From NCBI RefSeq assembly GCF_009914755.1, contig NC_060938.1: a stretch of DNA of 64,000 nt, one strand, 5' to 3'. The notes beneath the pieces were generated by a model that saw nothing but the letters and a program-made list of their open reading frames with translations, was not told the origin of the DNA and ran no database searches. The position numbers and the translations under genes are program-made. Of the stretch, positions 53,277 to 64,000 are shown piece after piece; positions within the stretch are counted from its first letter, which is position 1, and every line of letters starts with the position of its first letter. The stretch is from the human T2T-CHM13v2.0 reference genome, Homo sapiens.

Positions 53277-54012
53277 TGTGATGGTTAGTTGTATGCATCA
53301 ACTTGACTGAGCCATGGGGTGCCCAGATATTTGGTAAACATTATTTCAGGTGATTCTGTGAGGGTGTCTTCGGATAAGTCTTCCACATTTCAGTTGATAA
53401 CTGAGTAAAGCAGATAGTTCTCCCTAATGTGGGCGGGTTTCCTCCAGTCAGTTGGAGGCCTGAATAGAACAAAAGGCTGACCCTCCCTGGAAGAAGAGGA
53501 AATTCCTCCTATTGACTGTCTTCAAGTGGGAACATTGGTTTTTGGGTTTTTTCTTGCCTTCGGACTCGAACTGCAACATCGGCTCTTTCTGGGTCTTGAG
53601 CCTGCAGGCCCTCACACTGGATCTACACTATCAGCTCTCCTGGGTCTCAAGACTGCCCACTGCAGATCTTGGGATCTGGCAGTCTCCATAATTGTATGAG
53701 CCAATTTCTTTCTTTCTTTCCTTTTTTTTTTTTTTTGACATGGTTTTGCTCTGTTGCCCAGACTAGAATGCAGTGATGCGTTCATGGTTCACTGCAGCCT
53801 CGACTTCCTGGGCTCAAGTGATCCTCACACCTTAGTCTCCCAAGGACCTGGGACTAAAAGCATGCACCACTATGCCTGGTTAACTTTTAATTTTTTTGTA
53901 GAGACAGGGTCTCACTATGTTGCCAAGGCTGCCAATTTCTTATAATAAGTCTCATTCTCTTTATAGCTACATCCTATTCGTTCTGTTTCTCTGGAGAATC
54001 CTGACTAACACA
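53277..54012 (+). mobile_element. MLT2 (ERVL) LTR with a partial minus-strand Alu (53706-53931)
   Basis: TGTGATGGTTAGTTGTATGCATCAACTTGACTG ... TTCTGTTTCTCTGGAGAATCCTGACTAACACA. Confidence 0.85.
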
Positions 54013-54235
54013 TGCCTCGTGGGTCCATGCCTCAGAGAGTGAGATTAGATGGTAGTCATTCTTAGCCAATAACAGGGGAAACTGTAACCAGAGGGATGGG
54101 ATAACTGGTGCAGGGAGAGAACTTTTAGATGTGTCAAGATTCCAAATCAGGTACATGTTCAGGGGAGAATGAGGGAAAAGTACAGACTGATTTAGAACTA
54201 TGAAGGTGTTCATACCATTGCTGGGGGAGGTTGTA

Positions 54236-54391
54236 TTTTATTATTATTATTTTAATTTTTTAATTTTTTTTTGTAGAGACAGGGTCTTGCTGTGTTGCTC
54301 AGGTTGATTTCAAACTCCTGGCCTCAAGTGATTCTCCTGCCTCAGATTCCCAAAGTGCTGGGATTACAGGCATGAGCCGCCATAGCTGGCC
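54236..54391 (-). mobile_element. Alu monomer (FLAM-like)
   Basis: Single arm. Confidence 0.85.
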
Positions 54392-54426
54392 TCTGTGTAT
54401 TTTAAAGCCTGTACTCCACAACTAGC

Positions 54427-54824
54427 TGCTGTGGTTTGAATGTGTCCCCCAAAGCTCATGTGTTGGAAACTTAATCCTCAATGCAACAGTGTTGGGAGGT
54501 GGAGCCTAATAGGAGGTGATTAGGTCATGAGGACTCTGCCCTCCTGAATGGATTCATGCCTTATCATAGGAGTGGGTTAGTTATCATGGAGGTGGGTTCC
54601 TGATATAAGGATAAGTTTGCTCCTTCCTTCTCTCTATCTTGCATGCTCACTTGTCTTTCCACCTTCTGCCATGGGATGATGCAGCATGAAGGCCCTTGCA
54701 AGATGCCAGCATCATGCTCATGGACTTCCCAACCTCCAGAACCATATGCCAAATAAGCTTCTATCATTTATACATTACCCAGTCTGTGATATTCTGTTAT
54801 AACATCAGAAAATGGACTAAGACA
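54427..54824 (+). mobile_element. MST (MaLR) solo LTR
   Basis: TGCTGTGGTTTGAATGTGTCCCCCAAA...CAGAAAATGGACTAAGACA termini. Confidence 0.88.
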
Positions 54825-56256
54825 TATTACCTGTCAGATTGCATTAAAGGATCCAAAATGAGTTTCTGCATTCTTTGGGAGATGTAAAAAGGCGTTTCAG
54901 AATTTCCCTAAACTAGCCCCCAGTACCCAAAGGGCCCTCTTCAATGCGGGGACTAAGTTTAACCAGGTGAGTTTCAGCTTTTCTGTATCTGAAGAGCCCA
55001 TCCTCTGAAGAGCCTGAAGTCCTCTGAAATTCTGCTGGATCTTATTGTGATTGTTTTTAGAGACTTTCAGAGGTGAACAGCAGCATCACCTCAACTCCTC
55101 TCCTGGAGTTGACCCTGACCCCTGACAGCAGCATCCTCTCGTCAGCTCTTGTGATGCTTGGAGATGACCTCTCAGAGCTCTGCTTGGGCAGGAGGTGGAT
55201 GGATTTGTTTAGGCAGGCGTGGAGGTGGGTTGGAGTAGGCGATTTTGGTCTGTCTGTGCGCTCCATCCTATGTGGCCTTGACTCGGAGGTGGTTTGGCAT
55301 CATATCAGTCAGAGGCTTTGACTATAAGGGAAAAAGGGAAATTACAGGAAGGCTATCAGGGGTTCACAGAGTTGTTGGGGGTTAGAAAAGCAGGCTTGGA
55401 AAGTGACCAGGAGTGACGCAAAGAGCACAAAGGCGTTTTATCTGGGTCAGCCTGACCCCAAATTGCTGCCCCTGCTCCCAGCCTCCAGAGCACTGTCACC
55501 ATTGCCATCAGACATACTACCTCTTCCTCAAATGCCCCTGAACTGGCCCTTTGCTTCGGTCACTCATTCCAGCCTCAAAATCCCTGGTAGGAATGGCTGA
55601 TTAGCTGAGCCTAGGTCACGTTCCCAGGCCTGCTCAGTGTGGCGGAGGTCAAAAAGAGAACCTCCTCATTTCCATTTCTGGAGGTGGTTGGAGATGGGGA
55701 GGGACTGCATTTATCCCATACCGCACAATGGGGAGTTGTCCCAGATGATTAAGGGAGTTAATGCTGGACAATCAAAAACTCCTGATGGATTTCTACTCTG
55801 AAGAGCATCTGGGGCATGTTTGATGTTGTACAGACAGCAGACCCTACCCACTACTTCATTCATGGTGCCTGGTTGGAGACTGAGGAAGCCAGGCACCACC
55901 ATCATAAATCCTCAGACCTCATCACGAAATACCTGATGGTTCTGGAGATAAGTACCTGCTGCCTGGGCCTCTTGGTAGGCCTTGCTGCCCTGGGGCTGGT
56001 ATGGGGCTGGAGCGGATCCACAGCCAGACACTTTATGAGGCAACCAGAAGAGAGGTTAGAAACATGGAGATGCCAGCCTTCCCCACATGTCAGTCTGGGA
56101 GAAGCATGGCGGAGGATAATCCCAGGAGTTAACTGGCAAAGGAACAAAGGAAGAGGCATGATCACTTGTACTGGGAGTCAAGACCATGCCCTGGGTGATA
56201 CCCCCTATTCCCCAATAACAAGCAATTAACATTTGTGTGAGGTTCCTATTTTTTAG

Positions 56257-56603
<347 letters not shown>

Positions 56604-56949
56604 AAGAAAAGGATTTTAAATGGCGAAATAATAATATAGTAAATGTTTTCCTTAGGTTTGAATGAGGTTATACAAGATGGGGTCTTCTTGAGGGCAGGGA
56701 CCACTTTTTTACTTGCCTTTGCCTCTCTGGTGTATAGCATAACAACTGGGGGATGATTAAGTGCTCAGTAACTGTTTATTGGATGAACGAAGACTAGCAA
56801 TTGTGTGAGAACCAATGTCATTAAGTTGATACTTAGGGGCAGGTTGAGCAGCTGTGGTTGGGCTGCTTGGTTGAGACAAGGTTGAAATTCTTCAAGATAT
56901 GGGGCTTATTGAGGGGTTAGGTTGCAGACCAAGCACTCCAGGCTGAGAG

Positions 56950-57372
56950 GTGATTGCTATGTGTTCACCAACCTCCATTTCCTTTTCCTTTTGGGCACAT
57001 GGCTAGATTACATTTCCCAGCCTCTCTTGTAGTTTGCTGGGGCATGTGACTCAGTCCCGACCAGTGGGATGCAGGTGAAAGTGCCGTATACCACCTCTGG
57101 TCCTGGTTCCTAAAAGTGTCCCCTGTGATCCATCACTCTCTCTGGTCTTTCATCTGCTGGCTGTACACTGAGGATGTAGTGGGGGATTCCAAGTCTTAGG
57201 AGATAACAGAGCCACTAGGGAAAGGGCTTGGGTCCCTGAATGACTATATGGAGCAGAGTTCCTCACCTTTGATTTCTCATTGATCTGTGACAGAAGTAAG
57301 AAATTAACCTGTATTGTGTTAAGCCACTGAGATTTTTGGTTGTCACAGAGTGGTCATTAGCTACCCTACTAC
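56950..57372. mobile_element. MLT1J-like LTR
   Basis: CTAGATTACATTTCCCAGCCTC...GGGTCCCTGAATGACT...TTGTGTTAAGCCACTGAGATTT. Confidence 0.75.
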
Positions 57373-59455
57373 AGGACAACTCATTTTAATCTGGGGAGGG
57401 AGAGAGTGGTGCTAAGTATTGCTAGTTATGGCAGAGGCCTGGCTGCAATTTTCCTCCCCTAAACTGAAAACAAACAGATGTGCTCACAGACATAGAGAAG
57501 TTAGGAGAGAGAGAACCAATTGTCAGGGAGGACTTGGGACCCTTCTAAGCTTGAAGGTTTTAAGGTGACAGGGATATATCCAAGTGGACGTTCTGTGGGC
57601 CGGGCCTGAGATTTAGTTAGAATTTGTCCTCAGAGAAGTGGTCACTGAAGCCATAAGAGAAATGGCCTACTTGAGGAAGAGCTTATGAAGGGAAAATGGT
57701 GTGGCATCCAGGACTGAGTCCTGGTGACTTTCCAGAGTTAGAAGATGGCAGGAGGGGGAGGAGGAGCTGGTGAAGGTGCCATCTGAGCAGTAGGAGGAGA
57801 TGCCTGTAGAGACACACCAGCCAAGGGTGGAGGAAGATTCCAGTAGTAGGTGGGGATCACATACAGAAGAGATTAGACCTTGGATATTGAAGAGACTCAG
57901 AAAGGACCTTCCTTCTCCAAGGACCGAGATGAATGGAGAGAAAAGGCCACATGTGAGGGTGGAAATATGGAGGAGATAAGAGGAGAAGCCAACCTTCTCT
58001 ACAAAATGATAGAGCTGCTGGCTTGTGATTGGCAGGCAATTGTATCATTGTAGCTGGGTGATCTTGCTTTGCTATGGCTGCAAACTGAGCTCTCCAGGCA
58101 TTGGTCTGAGTGATTTGCACCAGAGGGTGGGGAATAGGGGAGTTGCTTTGGTATTCTGGTGTCTGGAGCTTGAGATAGGGGAGAGAGAAGGGCAAAGGAG
58201 GGGTAGCATGAGATCCCTGTGAGCAGAAAGGGGCCAGGACTCAGCTGAACTTGGGCATAATTGCATGACTTAGCTAAATTTGGGTATAACAGCTAATGTG
58301 ACTTCATCTTGTATGCAGAATCTGGTGAGGTTACACAAGTTAAACTCCACAGTTCCTTTGGTCATATGGGTATATAACACAGGCAGGCTGTTCTACCAGA
58401 GAACCCCCCAGTGTGGGTTTGGGCATACTTAATTTTACTAAGCTTTACTTTCTTTATCTGTAAAATGGGCCTTAAATAATTCCTACCTCAAAGGGCAATT
58501 GGTAGTATTAAATTCAGTAACATTCAATAGTGCATATAAAACACCTGATGCAGAGTAAAAGACTCAGTGAAAGTAGCTCAGTCTTATTTTATAGCTTGAC
58601 TTTAGGAGCTCTGACATTTTGCATAGAACTTTGCCTTGTACAAAAAGCTTTCACATATGTTATATCAAATAATCCTTTGGCTCTGAGCTTTCATCCTTTT
58701 TTAAAATTCACACAGTAATGGGGGCATGCTGATTTAAAAAATGAAGAAATTCATAGTGGCTCCAAGTAACTTCTTCTAAGATCCAATTCAGTAGGAAAGA
58801 GAGCATCTGTTTCCCCACAGACCAAAGTTTAGGCCTGGCTGTCATTGGTTCAGATGGACGGTGTTTCTATCCTCCAACCAGTTGCTGTGGTGAGGAGAAT
58901 GGAGTGCGTTGATTGGTTGAGTCCTAGGTTTGTGCTCTACTCTGAGGCCAGGAGAGGCCTCCATCTGAAGCTTTGGGAATGGGAGTGGGGTACCATGTTC
59001 TGTAGGGGAAATCAGGGCATCATTCCTGAAGATAGCATGAATGGAAGCTGGGTAGCAACAACAGCAGATATTCCTGAGTGTCAATGCTTGTCCAGAAGGG
59101 TGGGGTCTCCATCAGGTTCTCCAATCATATGCTTTCCTATTCCTCTAGTACAGAAATGTACCATGAACAGTCTTTGGTTCTCAGCTTTGGGTAAGGGCTG
59201 GAAAATCTCACAGCTGCAGCTGCCTTGACATCAGAGAGCGTAAAAGGACAAGGGCCTAGTATACAGAGGGATAAAGGATGTGACCTGGGGTCTGTCACAA
59301 ACATTTTTAAGGCAGTTATGTGTGCCAGGCTCTGTGTTAAGTGCTTTCCTGGATGAGCCCGTTTTATTATCCTATGGCCAATGCCAAGGTAGGCATTGGC
59401 ACTAATTTCCACATTGCAGGGGAGAAAACTGAGGCACATTCACAGAGGTTAAGAA

Positions 59456-59592
59456 TTTTTTTTTTTTTTTTTTGTAGAGACGGGATTTCACCATGTTGCC
59501 CAGGCTGTTCTTGAACTCCTGCCCTCAAGTAATCCTCCCGCCTCAGCTTCCCAAAGTGCTGAGATTACAGGCAAGAACCTCTGTGCCCGGCT
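59456..59592 (-). mobile_element. Alu monomer inserted in a MIR
   Basis: Single arm; antisense MIR on both sides. Confidence 0.85.
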
Positions 59593-60280
59593 ATAAGGGT
59601 AAGAAATTTTCCCACTCAAGGACACATGCCAGTAAGTGCCAGATCAAGAATTTGATCTGAATCATTTAATTTTTAGACTTCAAAAGACTGACAACCCAGG
59701 AGAAACTGAGGCAGCACTGGCTGTTGGGAGAGGAGCCTCTCAGAAGCACACATATAGGGGACTGCCGTTGGTTTGAGGCAGCTGGAAACAATCTTTAATA
59801 AGCAGCCCTCAGGACAACCAGTGACTCCTTTGCAGCAGGTGAGGGAGGGGCTTCTGGGAAATTCATTCGAACCACACCAACTCTCTTTAAGGTGGAGATG
59901 GATAATGGCAACCCACCCTCTCTTCCCTTCCCCATCACCTCCTGCTCTGTGTTAAGGCACAGCCAGGCTTCCCAGTGAACCTCCTACTCTCAAATGAGCC
60001 CTCTCACCTCTGGAGGGGCTGGTGGCCGTTGCTCCGTGGCCTCCTTCAGGGAGGCCTTACCTGGCCCTCCAGCCTAGATGGTGGCCTCTCATTGCCTTGG
60101 CCTCCTTGATTATTTTCCCTTAGCATCTGACATATATTGTTTATGTGTTATCTGCCTCTCTCAGTGGAATGGAAGCTCCAGAAGAACAGGATTTCACTTT
60201 GTTCAGAGTTGTATCCCTAGTGCCTAGAACAGTACTTGGCACATAGTAAATGCTAGTAAATATTTGTAGAATGCATGCCT

Positions 60281-60323
60281 GTTTCCCATCCAAGTACTAA
60301 CCAGGCCCGACCCTGCTTAGCTT
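60281..60323 (-). pseudogene. 5S rRNA fragment (nt ~49-91), retro-inserted, non-functional as rRNA
   Basis: Reverse complement AAGCTAAGCAGGGTCGGGCCTGGTTAGTACTTGGATGGGAAAC is 42/43 identical to human 5S rRNA as recalled. Confidence 0.93.
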
Positions 60324-60461
<138 letters not shown>

Positions 60462-61181
60462 CATGCCTGTTTCCCAGGCACTGTGCAATTTTTGCCTATA
60501 CTATCTCACTGAATCCTCAGAGGTCTGTGGTTTGTCCGCAGTGGGCCCTAGAACCAATTTCGGTGGGTAGAGCAGAGGCCTGAGCTCCCTGCCTGCCCCC
60601 ATTCCCCTAACGGGCTGGTGTAAGAAGTCTTAAGGAAAGACCCACCAGGGTTAATAGGCTGTGAAATTCACAAAGCCAGGTGTTCAGGGGGTTTCACCCT
60701 GGCTGTTGTTAAGGGCACCATCTGATTGCGGCAGCTTCACACCTTCCTTAGTGTGTACGTCTTCGGGGGTACAGGACAATCACAGCTCCCAGGACCTTCT
60801 TTTCAGAAATTAGCAACGTGCCAAAGAGGAGAGAACCGTCCGTGGAGGATCTGGAGGGACGTTGGGGTGGGGGATTTGAGGGCAGTGGGCCCAAGTGGGG
60901 AGAGGGCCTTTTTGGCCTCCTTTCCTCTCCTCCTCCATGCTTGCTCCTGGCCTCTACCACCTCCGTTTCAGAGGGAATGAGGGCTTCGGCCTGGCCAGAA
61001 GTTGCCCCGGGGAGAACTAGGGTGCTATGCCCACCTCTCAGTGAATGAGAGGTTCCTTTCCTTGGCCTTTTTAGATGACAAGAGGAAAATTTCACTATGT
61101 CCCACCCCGAGAGCTAATATAGCCTAATATAGCTAATATAAAACTATAAAGTTTTAAATGTATCATATATAATGATGACAC

Positions 61182-61262
61182 ATATGATATATTTAAAACT
61201 TTATAAAGTTTTATATGCTATATTTAAAACTTTATAAAGTTTTATATGATATATTTAAACTT
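61182..61262. repeat. AT-rich 31-bp tandem repeat (~2.5 copies) with an internal 20-bp palindrome
   Basis: TAAAACTTTATAAAGTTTTA at 61194-61213 and 61225-61244. Confidence 0.9.
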
Positions 61263-61400
61263 TGGGGGCAAATAGTAGCCTCGAGTGGCTAACAGGATTT
61301 CTGGGATGAATTTCTGTGGTTCTGGAAAGGCAACAATGTTGACCTGCCATGGAATGCAGCCCCACTTCCCACCTCCTTCCCAATTTTGTCTGTAGTTTCG

Positions 61401-61753
<353 letters not shown>

Positions 61754-62906
61754 TAACTCTTACTCATAGTCTTATTCAGAGTAAGTCTTAGACTCTTACT
61801 CAAAGTCGACTTGCTTTTTGGTTGATTAACAAGCCTACAACAAATATGTATTGAAGACCTCCTGGATGTACAGCCATGCCCACAACTGTGAGCAAGGCAG
61901 ACGAAGCCCCTGCCTTCTCGGAGCTTATAATCTAGTGGCAGAATCATTTCCCAAGCCCACAATGCAGACCTAATTCTGTGTTCTTGGTGTATCCTGGTTT
62001 AACTTCTAGAAGTATGTGGCAGAAACACATCCACAACTTGTTAGAATTACAAAAATGTAACACAACCATCCGGAGGCCCTCCTCCCCATCCATAGCACCC
62101 CACACAACTCTCCTCCCTTCCTATTTTATCCTGGAGATTGCATTTCTGTGCTATGAATACCAGTACTTAGGAGGGGCTTTTTTCTGACTGTTGTGTGGCC
62201 AAGAACTGCCACCAGCAAACATTCTCAGGGGCTGCCCAGCACTATCTGCTTCAAGAGGGTGGATGCTGAGGACAAATCCATCCTCACTGTCATGCCAGCC
62301 CTGCTGTCTGGGCCTCCAGGGGTACAGAGTGGGCAGGCAGGGACAGAGAGAATGACCAGCCTGGTGACCCCCCCAGCTCCTCCTGCAGGGAGTGAACACT
62401 ACTCTGTGGATTTGCTATGTGGTTTGGACACACTCCCCAAGCTTTCTGCCTTTTGTTATGATACCATCATCTGTTCCTCATAGTTTCGGGGTCTGGACCT
62501 CACTGTGTTTATACTCAGCATCACGAAGCCCGTGAGCTTGTGTATACAGGAGGCCACCAAATGTTTGGAGATAGAGGAGGGAGGTGAGAGTGTGCAGACA
62601 TCTGCCTCCGCGGGAAGCAGATTCTCCTCTCACCTAGGAAACAGGTTGGAGGTTCTCAGCCCTGGGACTGGTGCTTCAGGGCCTGCGTGGACACGATGAC
62701 AGTGTAGAGTGACTCAGGGCTGGTTGAGGGATGAAATCCTGGACATTCAGCCTGGAAGGGCCCTTTGATATAAATCTGGCCTGACCCTTCCCTTCCACAG
62801 AGTATTATGAGTTTCAGCATGGTGAGGTAACTTACCCTCGGCCCCACGGTCAGTGGAAGAGCTGGTCTGGAATTGAGGATGCCTGTGTCTTAATTCACTG
62901 TATTTC

Positions 62907-63052
62907 TATTTTATTTTATTATTTTATTTTATGATAGAGATGGGGTCTTGCTGTGTGGTCCAGGCTGGTCTTGAACTCCCGGCCTCAAGTGATCCTCCAG
63001 CCCAAGCCTACCAAAGTGCTGAGATTACAGGTGTGAGCCACCATAACTGGCC
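62907..63052 (-). mobile_element. Alu monomer (FLAM-like)
   Basis: Single arm, TSD-like AA(T/C)TCACTG(T/C)ATTTC. Confidence 0.85.
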
Positions 63053-64000
63053 AACTCACTGCATTTCCATCCTCATTTTCTATTTAACCCACCAATAGTA
63101 ATTTGATTTTATATAAATACATGTCTACATTTTCATGATCAAAAGTACAGGCAATATTTTTAATAAAAGGTTTAAATATCCCAAATAGCCTACAAAGAAA
63201 AGAATATAACTTTTCCCAATGACTGTATCACGTCCCCAGAGGGATCTTAGAACCCGATGTTCCTGAGTGCAAATCCCAACATGCAAACCCTGACCCTGCC
63301 CTACCAAATGGTGCTTTAATACTTGAACCAACTCTCACACTTTGGAGCTCTTTGCAGGGTATGTGTGTACATGTTTGTGTGTGCATGTTTGCACATATAG
63401 GCATTTTTGTTGTAATAATACTTGTTGCACCAATATTTCAAATGAATACAGAAGTGACCATTTTTGGAAGAATCTGCCCCTCTTTAGACGCTCAGGCATT
63501 AGACATTGTCAGTGGTGGTCAGTGTTCCCAGTTCTTGCTTTTTTGCATGTGTAGGTGATACTGGATAGGAAGAGCCTAGCTTTCTGTACCAGAAGCTCAA
63601 TTATAAAGTGGTTATTGGAACTGGGAATACATTTTCTCATAAAAATAATGCGATTATACATGATGGCAGTGCGGTTTAGTTAATCCTTGAAACTTGCTTA
63701 ACTCCATATACAGTTGAAATACTGCCCATTTAGACTTAATGCAAGTATGAAACCGTCTTTTTCACCATCAGTGCTTAAATGGAAAAATTATAAAACTAAA
63801 TAAGACATTGTTTGTAATGATCACGAATGCTGGTGGTAGGGGTGAGCGGCTTTTATTAGAAGTGGAGGTAGGTGGTGACTTTGCAAGGATGAGATGAGAT
63901 ATTCTAAGGGCTTTGGATGGGGATGGTCCCAGATCTTGAGCATGGTTCATTTGACTTTTACGCTTTGGCTTTCTCTTCCTTCTCTTAGGCTTCATTAGCT

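Noticed and set aside
60281-60323. Functional 5S rRNA gene
   Set aside because: Only 43 of ~120 nt are present, inside a TSD-bounded retro-insertion.

Overview
Primate (most likely human) non-coding genomic DNA. It holds about 50 Alu copies or fragments (J, S and Y types), plus MIR/L2, old L1 3' fragments, MaLR/ERVL LTRs, hAT and mariner DNA-transposon relics and microsatellites. I found no convincing protein-coding exon: nearly all supplied ORFs are Alu read-throughs or GC-rich chance ORFs, and I cannot name the locus. A CpG-island promoter at ~1.35-2.1 kb carries RFX X-box, Forkhead, CRE half-site, ETS+CArG and GC-box motifs. Two further promoter/enhancer-like elements lie at ~18.1-18.5 kb and ~41.1-41.9 kb, and several co-oriented CTCF-like motifs are present. 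The three most unusual structures are: (1) a TSD-bounded chimeric retro-insertion of an antisense 5S rRNA internal-control-region fragment fused to an Alu right arm (60270-60476); (2) a 141-bp palindrome of unique flanking DNA built inside a broken MADE1 mariner MITE (31490-31677); (3) a non-tandem local duplication of an ancient MLT1 LTR segment with a micro-repeat scar (25174-25486 / 26570-26843). All repeat subfamily calls and coordinates were made by eye and are approximate.
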